Both the position numbers and the translations under genes were made by a program. From the NCBI GenBank assembly GCA_963705255.1, contig OY970061.1, positions 896,001-960,000 of the forward strand: 64,000 nt of DNA. The letters are read 5' to 3'. The notes beneath the pieces are model-generated. The model was not told the origin of the DNA. It ran no database searches and saw only the letters and a program-made list of their open reading frames with translations. Source of the stretch: an uncultured Methanoregulaceae archaeon (GTDB lineage: Archaea; Halobacteriota; Methanomicrobia; Methanomicrobiales; Methanospirillaceae). Position 1 is the stretch's first letter, and every line of letters starts with the position of its first letter. Positions 1 to 12,217 of the stretch are shown here, piece after piece.

Positions 1-250
1 TTGTCAAACTGACGGTCCTGGCTTCGTTTCTGATGATCATCACCGCTTTCGCCACTTCATTGTCTGGAAGTACTATCATCAGGATCTCTTTTGGGATCTC
101 TGAATAATGGACAGGCTGATCGGTGATTCCCGGTTCTTTCCCATACCCGGTCACGGGAAGCCGAGTCATCGCACTCATGCCGGCCTTTTCCATCGCACCG
201 ATCACCCGCTGGGAAGATTCCGGCCTGATGACTGCCCAGATCATCTTCAT
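1..250 (-). CDS. P-II family nitrogen regulatory protein (divergent; C-terminus runs off the window edge)
   Basis: Not in the ORF track. Manual translation from ATG at 250: MKMIWAVIRPESSQRVIGAMEKAGMSAMTRLPVTGYGKEPGITDQPVHYSEIPKEILMIVLPDNEVAKAVMIIRNEART. P-II pattern (IRP, TGxG, PK); downstream of glnK. Confidence 0.85.
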   Translation of the reverse strand, partial: MKMIWAVIRPESSQRVIGAMEKAGMSAMTRLPVTGYGKEPGITDQPVHYSEIPKEILMIVLPDNEVAKAVMIIRNEARTVSLT

Positions 251-483
251 GGACTCACCCGCTGAGTTCCTCTATTGGTCGTACCACCGTTGCCACATTT
301 AGTTGCACGGGATCGCATAGCTATGCTCAAAAAATTGCCGGGCCTATTGAAAGGGAGCCGGTCGTTTGTTTCTGGTTGGACATTTTTGTGGATATCCCCC
401 TGCCATATCTGACCGGCTGGGGTGTTATGAAACCCCGGCCGGAAAGGGAGAGATTTTATTCGGTTTTTCTTTTCAGATCGGGG

Positions 484-2036
<1,553 letters not shown>

Positions 2037-2242
2037 GTATTTCACCTGTAATGAATAAAATTTCTAAAATTATTAGGAGGCCGGGACTGGTGTGCCCCGG
2101 GAAACTGTGATCGATCTGGGAGGTTTTTGGAACAGGATGGCACTTGGTGGCGCATCCGTGCAATACAGCCATACGGCCAATGCCCGCCTGCCTGTCTTGT
2201 GCCATTCTATCCATCTCCTTCCAACCGTTCAGGAAAATTATA

Positions 2243-2273
2243 GGAAAGAATCTTCGTTCCTACTATATTTAAA
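2243..2273 (-). promoter_or_regulatory. Putative amtB-glnK promoter: TATA box plus NrpR-like operator
   Basis: Minus-strand TTTAAATA at 2266-2273, followed by two overlapping one-mismatch GGAA-N6-TTCC sites (2243-2256 and 2247-2260). Confidence 0.45.
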
Positions 2274-2841
2274 TTTAACTATTTTATAGTAAGAGTATTT
2301 TTTTATCATTTTCCAAAGGAGATCTGATTCATTATGCAAAATTTCGTTATGATTCAACCTGTTCCGTGAAATTAAAAAATGCGATGATACCTGTACTACT
2401 CCATTGGAAGTCACGATCATCTCGTGCTGATGGGGGAGCGCGGGAATCTTTTGCCCAGGAGAATACAAAACCCAGTCGAGATGGATCCATGAAAGAAAAC
2501 AATCTGGTTCAAAGAACCAGGATCCAAGGAAAAACCGATCGAGAAATTTTTCATGTTTTTCTGCAAGGAATTTTTTGTATTCATTAAGCAGCGCATCGGT
2601 CTAGGCATTCGTCTTTTTGTTGGTATGTAGCTGAGCACATTCGTCCTTTTGAGCAGTTCTTCTCTGATTGCGAAATCATTTACCAGTCCGAAATTTTTTG
2701 TCGCGGACAGAATCCAGTCCATTTGGTCGGTACAGGTCTCCTTACCATCCCACAAGGATCCGTTTCGCAGTCATCTTGTCAGGGGAGATGCTACCTCAGA
2801 TCGAGCAATAGTACCCCTCTCTGTAATCACATCCCATGTCC

Positions 2842-3208
2842 TTACTCCTTGATCATTACGAGGCTCATCTTGAACCGTTGTCGCGCCTGCACCGCGTGCG
2901 GCTTGTTTGCCGGGCAGGATGATCATCTCACCGGTCCTGACTGTGAATGGTGAACCGGCAATGATGACATCGGCCTCGCCGTCCGTAACAGTGAGGATGG
3001 CATCATAAGGTGCAGAATGCTCGGAAAGTCCTTCCCCGGCATCGAATGCGAAAAGGGTGATGGTACCGGTCGTCTTGAAGACGATCATCCTGCTCGCCAC
3101 CGTCCCCTCCTGGTACTGGATGAGGTTATTGACTTCGAGGACTCTTGCTCTAAGGTCCTCGCGCTTTTTATCAGCGTCAGTTTTTTGTTCATGCTCAGAT
3201 TCCGCCAT
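2842..3208 (-). CDS. Cupin domain protein (frameshift near 2912)
   Basis: LFAFDAGEGLSEHSAPYDA...GEMIILP; removing one base gives ANKPHAVQARQRFKMSLVMIKE*, the second cupin motif. Confidence 0.85.
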
Positions 3209-3305
3209 GACATCTCCTTTCTGTTTGGTACGTGTGCATGGAGTAATATGATATCCCTTCACCGATCCTGCTACGATATAGTCCCGGTTATTTTCAAAGA
3301 TTCAA

Positions 3306-4545
3306 TCAAAACACCAGCGTCAGGAAGATCCAGTAAATCCCAACCTGAATTATTGTGAGGGGGATGCCCACCCGGGCAAACTCGGCAAAACTCAGGGTCT
3401 GCCCGTCTTTTTCCGCGTTCTGGATGATAATCACGTTGCTTGCCGCTCCCAGGATCGTCAGGTTGCCGGCTATCGTGCTGCCAACTCCAAGGGCCATGAA
3501 CTGGGCCGTTGTTCCTCCAGCCTGCAGGATCATTGGTAGGAAAAGGGCGACAAACGGAACATTGGAGATGAACTGGCTCGCGACCACACTTGTGCAGAGG
3601 ATCGTGGGTATTGAGGAGAACGCCGGCCCCCCGATGAATGCTTGGAATAACCCGGTCTGCCAGACGCTCTCCATGAGCACGAACATGGCGGCAAAGAAGA
3701 CGAGAGTCGGCCAGTCGATCCGCTTGATAAGTACAATCCGGGACTTCGCGAGAAGGAGGATCGGTGCCGCGGCGCAGACCGCGATCACAGGAAGCGATAT
3801 GAGTATTTTTGCGCCAGCAACAGATGCAAGGGCATTTGCCCCTGCAAGAATGAGGAGGATGGCAACAGAACATTTCGCAAGGGGTATCAGGTCATTCTTA
3901 CCGGTTTTTGGGATCCGGACTGCTGCCGGGACCTTCCTGAATTCATTGCCGTAAAAAATCCTCAGGACAATGAACGCCGCCGCGAGGCTGATCAGTGTCG
4001 GGATGAAGAGGTAAATACCGAATGTAACGAACGGGGCCGGCATTCCGGAGTTCACCGCAACGAGCAGGTTCTGGGGGTTCCCGATCGGGCTCATGACACT
4101 GCCGGTCGTGATGGCGACAGCCAGTGCAAGCAGCAGCAGTTTTGGCAGAATGCGCGTCCCCGCCGCAAGTGCCAGGACGAGAGGGGTGCCGATGATGGCG
4201 AGCGTATCGTTCATCAGGAAGGCAGAGAGGAGACCAGTCCCGAAGAGGACAGCGAGAACGATGTGATCGGTTGTTTTTGCCCGGGAGAACAGACGGCCTG
4301 TGATCTCCGACAGGTACCCGCTCTCCACGAGAGCCTGCCCTACGACAAACATGCCGAACAGGAAGACCATGACGTCAGGGTTGATGGCCCGGACCGCGTC
4401 CGGCAGGGATATCTGTCCCGTTGCAAGAACCACCAGTGCTCCCCCGAGCATGATCTGCCAGATCCTGAGCCTGATCCTGCCGATCTGACGGACCGCGGTC
4501 AGCAGGAAGACGGCTGCAAGTACGATGACTGCAATGTACGTAGAC
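3306..4545 (-). CDS. ArsB/NhaD/SLC13-type anion permease (start uncertain)
   Basis: Polytopic membrane protein with NDT, SPIGNPQN, SNVP and GAASN motifs. The frame is open upstream of 4451 with an extra TM helix (YIAVIVLAAVFLLTAVRQIG). Confidence 0.85.
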
Positions 4546-4629
4546 TCACGTTACCGGCCCGGGCAGATGAGTTTTTGTATTTGACCCGCCATCGCGGTGC
4601 AGGTAAAATGAGCCGTGCGTGTCTTCTTT

Positions 4630-5316
4630 TTATTTACCCGATTTATAAACAGCCCAGTGCAGGAGGATCCCGTTCCCGATTCTGCGTTCCTCTAAAAGCC
4701 TGAGCCGGCAGAATTCCGATTCGCGGAGGAAACCTTCGCCATCTGCAAGGGTCGGTGCATCCCTCCCCCCGATGAGGATGTTGCCGATGAATGTGTAGAT
4801 CTCGTCCACGAGCCCTGCTGTAACAAGGCCGCCGATCAGCGCCCCGCCGCCTTCCACCATGACGCGCCGGATACCGAGAGTTCCCAGCTCATCCATAAGG
4901 GCCGTAAGGTCCACGGTATCCTCACCGGTGATAATCACGGTCGCATACTTCCGGATTTCCGCGACTTTCTGTTCGTCTGCGGCCTTTGAGACAGCAACAA
5001 TTCGTTTCCCTTCCCCTTTGTGCAGGACTGAAGCAGCGGGTGGGATGCGGGCGGTACTGTCGACTACAATGCGCACGGGGTGTTCATCCAAGCCCCGCTG
5101 CCGCCGGATGTCCCGGCACTCATCCGCTTTCACGGTCAGCGACGGGTCATCGGAGAGCACGGTCCCAATTCCGACCATGACCGCGTCACTGTCCGCCTTG
5201 AGCCGGTCCACGCGGTTGAAGTCCTGAACCCCGGATATCTTCACCTGTCTCCGCTCACGGGTGGAGAGTTTCCCGTCGGCGCTCATGGCAACGTTAACGA
5301 TGATATGGGGGCGCAT
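4630..5316 (-). CDS. arfC: 2,5-diamino-6-(ribosylamino)-4(3H)-pyrimidinone 5'-phosphate reductase (archaeal RibD reductase)
   Basis: AMSADGK, MVGIGTVLSDDPSLT, RIVVDS, MVEGG, LVDEI motifs; reductase domain only. Confidence 0.92.
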   Translation of the reverse strand: MRPHIIVNVAMSADGKLSTRERRQVKISGVQDFNRVDRLKADSDAVMVGIGTVLSDDPSLTVKADECRDIRRQRGLDEHPVRIVVDSTARIPPAASVLHKGEGKRIVAVSKAADEQKVAEIRKYATVIITGEDTVDLTALMDELGTLGIRRVMVEGGGALIGGLVTAGLVDEIYTFIGNILIGGRDAPTLADGEGFLRESEFCRLRLLEERRIGNGILLHWAVYKSGK

Positions 5317-5508
5317 ATTCCAAGCAAGGTTGCATTGCCAGTTATATCAAACCACTGCTCAGTACCGGGAAAGGGGGAGATTCTCCCTGACGCGGGAAAG
5401 ATCTGGCTGCAGACCCGGTTACCGGATTTTTGTCCGGAGGATCTGTCCGGAACCGGGATCCGACAAGGCACCTTCAAATAACAAGAAAATCAAATTGCGA
5501 AGATAGGT

Positions 5509-7299
5509 ATGGGCGAAACGGAGATTCAGATTTACCGGCATTCCGTCCCGGTCTCGGATATCATACGGTTCTGCATTATTGCAGCGCTTGCAATCTTCTG
5601 CACGCTTATTACAGCAATCTCATTCTCCCGGTCCATTGCGTTCCTCAATTACCAGCTCTTTTTTATCCCTATCCTCTATGCGGCCTACTTCTACCCGAGA
5701 AAAGGGCTCTACGTTGCCTGCCTTTGCGGCGTCGTGTTCCAGGCAGTGGGTTACTATTACAGTTACCCGGACTCTGTTGCCATGGTGAGCGTGACTGCCG
5801 AAGCGATCCTTTTTGTCCTCATTGCGGTCATCATCGCGTATTTTATCGAGAGGATCCGGGCCGGGGAAGTGCGCTATCGCACGGTGTTCGAGCACTCCCA
5901 GCTGGGGATTATCCTCTTTGATCAGGTGGATTTTACCATTAAACAGTCAAATGACAAATTCAACGACATGCTCCATTACACCTCTCAAGACATTCTGGCA
6001 AGGTCATTCTTCAGCATCTTTTTCACGCCTCAGGATCAGACACGTTTTCTGGAACGCATCAAAAAAGGGGAGACCGTCGAGAATTTCGAGACCCGTCTCA
6101 TGACAAAGGAAGGGGACGGCTGCTGGGTGAACCTCTCGTGGAGCAGGATCGATCAGAAGACGGTCAGCTGCACGGTCATCAACATCAATGCACGCAAACT
6201 CGCAGAGAAGATGAATAATGACAATATGATGAAGTACCGGCAGCTGACCGAACATTCCCCGACCAGTATCCTGATCATCCAGGACGAGCTGATCCGATAT
6301 GTCAACCCGTCGTTTGCCGTTTTTTCCGGTTACGATAAGGCTGAAATTTCCGGGAAGGACCTCTCCGGTTTGATCGACTCCCGCGACAGGGACAGTTTTA
6401 CCCGGTTCTCCCACTCATGGAGCAGGAGTATCCCGAAGTCAGACCACGGAGAGTTCCGTTTTATTACAAAGACCGGCGAAACGCGCGTGGGGGCACTCTC
6501 AACGACCCCGATTATGCATGTTGGTAAACCCGCAATGCTGATCAATATCGTGGACATGTCCGAACAGCAGCGGCTGGAAGACAAGATCCTTCTGGATAAC
6601 GAGCGCCGCCGGGGAATCATCATGACGGTTGCCCACGAGCTGAGGACACCACTCCAGCCGATCCTGGGGTACATCAACCTGCTGGTCTCCGATACTGAAG
6701 GGTATGGCATCCAGAATGATACCAAAAAGATCCTCGAACGCTGCCTGGTTAGTGTCGACCGTGAGCGTCAGATTATCAACCAGATGCTGGAACTCTCTGT
6801 CCTGGAAAGTGGCAGGGTCCAGCTGAGATATTCAATGTTCTCTCTTGCAAGTCTCGTGAAAAAAGTCATCGATACCGGGGGCTACCTCACCAAGGCCGAA
6901 GTGACTCTTGACATCGGCGATCCTGTTATTGTGTCCGCCGACAAAGACCGCGTATTCGGCATCCTTGACTCGCTCCTTTCCAATGCCGTCAACTATTCCA
7001 AACCGCCGCGAAAGATCGCGATCTATTACCGTTCTGGAGTCGGCGACAACCAACACCATATCTCGGTTCGCGATAACGGGATCGGTATACAGGAAAGCGC
7101 GTTCACGTCCATATTTGAACCGTTCCAGCTCGCCGATGCCGCGATGCTGTCCCGCAAGTATGACCGGCTCGGGCTATCCCTCTCTATCGCCAAGAAAATA
7201 GTCCAGATGCACGGCGGGGATATTACTGTCGAAAGTGTGGTAAATGCCGGAAGTACGTTTACCATTCATCTGCCAAAAGAGGTGCCGAATGAAACATAA
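5509..7299 (+). CDS. Membrane-bound PAS-PAS sensor histidine kinase
   Basis: N-terminal TM helices, two PAS domains, H-box AHELRTPL, N-box LLSNA, DNGIG, IFEPF, MHGG. Confidence 0.93.
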   Translation: MGETEIQIYRHSVPVSDIIRFCIIAALAIFCTLITAISFSRSIAFLNYQLFFIPILYAAYFYPRKGLYVACLCGVVFQAVGYYYSYPDSVAMVSVTAEAILFVLIAVIIAYFIERIRAGEVRYRTVFEHSQLGIILFDQVDFTIKQSNDKFNDMLHYTSQDILARSFFSIFFTPQDQTRFLERIKKGETVENFETRLMTKEGDGCWVNLSWSRIDQKTVSCTVININARKLAEKMNNDNMMKYRQLTEHSPTSILIIQDELIRYVNPSFAVFSGYDKAEISGKDLSGLIDSRDRDSFTRFSHSWSRSIPKSDHGEFRFITKTGETRVGALSTTPIMHVGKPAMLINIVDMSEQQRLEDKILLDNERRRGIIMTVAHELRTPLQPILGYINLLVSDTEGYGIQNDTKKILERCLVSVDRERQIINQMLELSVLESGRVQLRYSMFSLASLVKKVIDTGGYLTKAEVTLDIGDPVIVSADKDRVFGILDSLLSNAVNYSKPPRKIAIYYRSGVGDNQHHISVRDNGIGIQESAFTSIFEPFQLADAAMLSRKYDRLGLSLSIAKKIVQMHGGDITVESVVNAGSTFTIHLPKEVPNET

Positions 7300-7658
7300 G
7301 ATTATGCTCGTTGAGGATGACCAGCCTATCCTTGAGATGATGGATATCCTGCTCCGCAGGATCGGCTATGAACCGGTCCTGGTACCGGATGTCCTCGAGG
7401 CGCTCGAGCGGGTGCGGAAGGACCCCCCTGCGCTCGGTACTGCTTGATATCATGATGACGCCGATAAACGGTTGGGAGTTCCTCGAGAAACTGCGGGGGG
7501 AGTACGATATGAAAGATCTGCCGGTTATCCTCTTTACCGCCTTGCCCTCCGCAGAAGAGAGGCTTGCACAGATGAAAGACCAGAATCTCGGCATCCTGCA
7601 GAAACCTGTCACGATCACCGAACTCAAGGCTGGGATCGAGCGTTTCCTTCCGAAATAA
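7289..7658 (+). CDS. Single-domain response regulator (frameshift near 7425-7435)
   Basis: MKHKIMLVEDD...; LLDIMMTPINGWE, ILFTA, QKP in the second frame; overlaps the kinase stop. Confidence 0.9.
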
Positions 7659-8088
7659 ATTTTTCCGGTTTTGGAGCCTGTCAGGTGCCCGTCACATGCG
7701 TATGACAGCATGGGGCGCGGGTTCCGGTGGCCCCCGCGTTTCCCCATGTGCACTGCCGGGCGGATGGGCAGACTACCCCCTTCTATACAGTATTTTCAGC
7801 GACAGATCATGGCCAGTCCGTTGATTTCCTGCCCTATGTCCCGGACCTGTTGATCCATATCGGCTTTATGAATTGTATCTTCCACTTTTTTCATTGAACT
7901 GCTGAGATCTCCCATGAGTCCCATAGCACGAAATCCTCCACGCAGTCTGATCCGGTGGAAGAAATCGATCACGCCCGGCCTGACAACCTCCGTCCATTTT
8001 ATTGTTGAAACCCGTTACGGTGGGTATGTCATCCTTGCAGAAAAGGAAAACCACGAGGTGAAGAAAGGGCATGAAAACAGATAAGAAG

Positions 8089-8162
8089 TGCCCCAGGCCT
8101 GATTTGAACAGGCGACAACTAGATCTTCAGTCTAGCGCTCTCCCAAGCTGAGCTACTAGGGC
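8089..8162 (-). tRNA. trnF: tRNA-Phe(GAA)
   Basis: Reverse complement GCCCTAG TA GCTC AGCTTGGGA GAGC G CTAGA CTGAAGA TCTAG TTGTC GCCTG TTCAAAT CAGGC CTGGGGC A folds as a cloverleaf; no intron, CCA not encoded. Confidence 0.97.
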
Positions 8163-8271
8163 AGGAATACAAATGTTGGCACTTGTGACTAATAAATGAT
8201 CTGTTCCGCCAGCTCCGGGACGGTCCTTCCGACCGTTCTTTTTTATAGGGAAGGATGACAGTATTAACAAA

Positions 8272-9237
8272 ATGAACTCCCCGAATGCCAATAACGATGA
8301 CTCAGGGCTTGCGAGCGCGATACAAAGCCGCAGGGCGCACGTGGTCCACCTGACCCACAACGATCTCGATGCCGTGGGAGCGGATGCAATCCACCGGATG
8401 GTGTTTGGCACTGACGGGGTTTTCACCATCTGGTCTTCTGTGGGGAAGTTCCCCGCACTGTTCTCCATCGTCGCCTCCTGCGAGGGAAAAGGGGACCTTC
8501 TCTCGATCTCTGATCTCGGCTATCACCGGGACACTGAAATTATCGCAGCAAAGGCACGGAAGAACGGGTGGAAGATCTCGTGGCGGGACCACCACCGCTG
8601 GCGTGAGGAGGAGACAAAAAAGATCGAGAAGGTGGTGGAAGCCCTCCGCATCGATACTTCCCTCTGCGGTACCGGAATCGTTGCCCTCGACCTCGCCCCG
8701 GACAACCTGGTGGCGGCCGAGGTAGCCCGGGTTGTCTGTGATTACGACCTCTGGAGACATGCCGACCCGCGATCTGCCGTGCTCGGGCAGGTGCTCCAGA
8801 GAAAGAAGAACCGCGAGCACGTCCGCGACTGCCTCCTCTCCGGTATCTTTACCGATGACCTGATCGAGCGCGAATCTGCGGAGATCAGAGCCGAGATGGA
8901 TACCCTGATGCACCGCAACCTGGCCCACGCAACCATTCTCGGCAAAAAATACCGGGTCGCTTTTGCCCCCCTGTACGGCTACCCGAGCGAGACCGCCCAT
9001 TTCATCCGGGACGAGAAGAAGACTGATATCGAAGTGATTATCGGAAAAGACGGCAAGTTTTCCGTGCGCTCGCTACCTCCAATCAGCCACCTGCTTGCCC
9101 GGGAATTCGGCGGGGGGGGCCACCCGAATGCAGCGGGAGGGTCGTTCAACTTCACCGTCATCGAACGGTTCACCTGGTGGCTCTTCAAAAAGAGCAGGCA
9201 TTTCGACGAGTTCGTAAAAGTTGCTGAAAGGCATTAG
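8272..9237 (+). CDS. DHH/DHHA1 family phosphoesterase
   Basis: THNDLDA, ISDL, DHH, CDYDLW and GGGGHPNAAG motifs. Confidence 0.92.
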   Translation: MNSPNANNDDSGLASAIQSRRAHVVHLTHNDLDAVGADAIHRMVFGTDGVFTIWSSVGKFPALFSIVASCEGKGDLLSISDLGYHRDTEIIAAKARKNGWKISWRDHHRWREEETKKIEKVVEALRIDTSLCGTGIVALDLAPDNLVAAEVARVVCDYDLWRHADPRSAVLGQVLQRKKNREHVRDCLLSGIFTDDLIERESAEIRAEMDTLMHRNLAHATILGKKYRVAFAPLYGYPSETAHFIRDEKKTDIEVIIGKDGKFSVRSLPPISHLLAREFGGGGHPNAAGGSFNFTVIERFTWWLFKKSRHFDEFVKVAERH

Positions 9238-9398
9238 GAAGCCGGTAACCGTAATCCGCGCCGGCAGCGGTTCGATGGAAGTGAACATCCCCTCCTTTGC
9301 CCGGGTCACGGGATCCGGCATTGAAGTTACCGGATACCCCCCGGACGTTCCAGCCCGGAATGATGGGCAAATCCACCTTTATTTTTTTATTTCTCCCA

Positions 9399-10190
9399 TT
9401 ACTGCTGGTATACTGAAGAGCCCGCGAGATCGTTCCAGTACTCATCGCAGGATTCCCGGCAATATCCCCCCGCGGCGACCTGGTCAGGATCGAGATGGGA
9501 GAGTGCCAGTTCAATAGCTTGGCGGTCCGGGTCCATGATGAAGATCTTCCCCAAATCGTACTCGCCGGTCAGGTCGAACAGGATATTGAGCTGGTCTTTT
9601 CCCACGGCGACCTGCCGCTGGTGTTCGAGGAGACCTGCAAGGCTTTCCCGATCCGGATCCGGTAAAAAAAAGAAGACTTTCTGGCCTGCCAGCGCCGCGA
9701 GTTCCTCGTCCTTCACCGTATCTCCGATCAGGACGTGCCCGGAAATGCCGATATCCCGCATTGCACGCATCAGGGCACGGTACATGCTGTTGATCGCATC
9801 GCTCCATTCATATTCATCATCATAATAGCTGTCGGCTATGGCCAGCATGTGCGGGGCGGGAAGTGCGCACCAGGAACCTTTTTTCTGCACCACGATGCCG
9901 GCCGCATCTTCAATGATATCCCGGGATTCGAAGTGGATCTCTCCCGTGGCCTTCCCATCCACGATCCCCCTGATACTCTCCAGGACCCTCTTCCGGTAAA
10001 ATAATCCCCCGGCACAGGGAGTGAGGATGCCGGCAGGGATCTGCGGGGCAAGCGACCGGTCCAGCTGGAAGGTCATAATATCCGCAAGATGCCCCCGGTG
10101 CTCTGCGATCCATCCCGCGAGCCCGGCAACATCCGGCAGGCCAGGCTCCGCACCGAATGCCCGCGTTGCCAGCTCCAGCCGCTTCGTCAT
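9399..10190 (-). CDS. Hypothetical protein (possible degenerate UroD/MetE-like barrel)
   Basis: 263-aa ORF with coding-like composition, divergent from metG; only weak resemblance to MetE-type barrels. Confidence 0.7.
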   Translation of the reverse strand: MTKRLELATRAFGAEPGLPDVAGLAGWIAEHRGHLADIMTFQLDRSLAPQIPAGILTPCAGGLFYRKRVLESIRGIVDGKATGEIHFESRDIIEDAAGIVVQKKGSWCALPAPHMLAIADSYYDDEYEWSDAINSMYRALMRAMRDIGISGHVLIGDTVKDEELAALAGQKVFFFLPDPDRESLAGLLEHQRQVAVGKDQLNILFDLTGEYDLGKIFIMDPDRQAIELALSHLDPDQVAAGGYCRESCDEYWNDLAGSSVYQQ

Positions 10191-10229
10191 ATACAGATCT
10201 TATTACTCATAAGCATCTAAAAAGTACTG

Positions 10230-12217
10230 ATGAATCCGCAACCGCTGCTCGTCACCTGCGGGCTGCCGTACACGAACGGCCCCTGCCATTTAGGTCATCT
10301 GCGAACGTACGTCCCTGCCGACGCGTACGTCCGCTACATGCGGCGGGCGGGCGAAGAAGTGCTCTTCGTCTGCGGTTCGGACAACCACGGCACACCCATC
10401 GTCGTCTCTGCCGAAGATGCCGGCATCTCGCCCCGGGCGCTCTCTGAACGTTATCATACGCATTTCGCCGAGACGTTCAGGAGGATGGGAGTCATCTTCG
10501 ACCGCTTCGGGATGACTGACGACCCGGCCACCCACCACCGCACGCAGGCCATCGTCTCCGCACTCGAGAAGAACGGCTATATCTACAAGCAGATCGTACA
10601 CCAGGCTTACTGCACGAAATGCAGGCGCTTCCTTCCCGACCGGTACGTAGAGGGGATCTGCCCCCATTGCGGAACCGCTGCACGGGGCGATGAGTGCGAC
10701 CAAGGGTGTGGCAGGCACCTCGAACCCGGCGAGATAAAAGACCCGGTCTGCAAGGTCTGCGGCACGAAGGCCGAGTTCCGGGACCAGGAGCATTATTTTT
10801 TTAAGCTCTCGGAGTTCAGGGACTTCCTCCTGTCTTTCCTTGAGAACGTAAGGGGCACAAGCAATGCGAAGAACTATGCCATTGGCTGGGTTAAGGACGA
10901 ACTTCACGACTGGTGTATCACCCGGACTCTGGAGTGGGGCGTGAAGTTCCCCGGCCGGGACGACCTCGTTGTCTATGTCTGGGTCGATGCCCCGATCGGG
11001 TACATTGCGTTTACCGAGGAGTGGGCAGAGAAGAGCGGCAGGGACTGGAAACGCTACTGGTGCGGGGAGAACCGGGTCACTCATTTCATAGGCGGGGACA
11101 TCATCTACCACCATTCCATCTTCTGGCCAGCACTCCTGAAGGGGGCAGGCTATGGCGTCCCCCACGCAATCGTGGCAAGCGGGATGGTGAAAGTCGATGA
11201 CCACAAGTTCTCCAAGTCACGCGGCTACGTGGTCTGGACCAATGACGACTACCTTGACAAAGGGCTTCCGGCCGATTACCTCCGGTATTACCTGCTTGCG
11301 TACACGAGCCATACCAAGGAACTCAACTTCTCCTGGAAGATCTTTGGCGAGCGGATCAACAATGAAGTGGTCAATATCCTCGGGAATTTTGTGTACCGCA
11401 CGCTCTTCCTTGCCCAGAAGGAGTTTAATGGGATCCCCCCGGCCCGGTCGATCCTGAGATTGTTGCGGAGATTGAGAAGAGCCTTGCCACGGTCGATGCA
11501 CTCATGCAGGACTATGAGTTCAAAGGAGCAGTCGACGCGATCATGGGGCTTGCGGCTTTCGGTAATACGTACATCCAGAACAATGCTCCTTGGAAACTGG
11601 TCAAAATAGACCGGACAGCTGCGGCCCGGGTCATCAGGAACTGCGTGCAGATCGTCAAAGCTCTTGCGCTCCTGATCGAGCCGGTGATGCCGGACTCGGC
11701 GCAGCGGTGCTGGGAGATGCTCGGTTACTATGATAACGTGGCAACCCACCCGATAAATGATTCGATCTGCCCGGTTCCGGAGACCTGTATCAATGTCCCG
11801 GTCCCATTGTTTGTCAAGATGGAAGATAACCAGGTTGCAGAGCTCGATGCCCTGCTCCGGAAACGTGTCGCGGAGGCGAACGGGAAAATGGAAAAGACAC
11901 CAACCGTATCATTCGAAGAATTCCAGAAACTGGAGATCAGGACCGGCAGGGTCCTCTCTGCCGAACCTGTACCGAAGTCGGACAAGCTCTTGAAACTCAT
12001 GGTGGATATCGGCACCGAAAAACGCCAGATCGTGGCCGGTATGCAGCAGTTCTATACCCCCGGGGAACTCGTGGGGAAAGACGTGGTTGTGGTCGTTAAC
12101 CTTGCGCCCGCCAGAATCTTCGGTGTGGAGAGCAATGGCATGGTACTTGCTGCCGGGGATGCGACCTCGCTCCTGGTGCCCCTGAATCCGGTGGAGCCGG
12201 GAAGTAAAATACGGTAA
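10230..12217 (+). CDS. metG: Methionine--tRNA ligase (frameshift at C-run near 11435-11441)
   Basis: [12 protein letters not shown] (HIGH), zinc knuckles, YVWVDA, KFSKS (KMSKS); the second ORF carries the anticodon-binding and C-terminal tRNA-binding (ESNGM) domains. Confidence 0.97.

Noticed and set aside
10230-12217. metG pseudogene or programmed frameshift
   Set aside because: Essential gene, otherwise intact, broken at a C-run; sequencing error is the simpler explanation.
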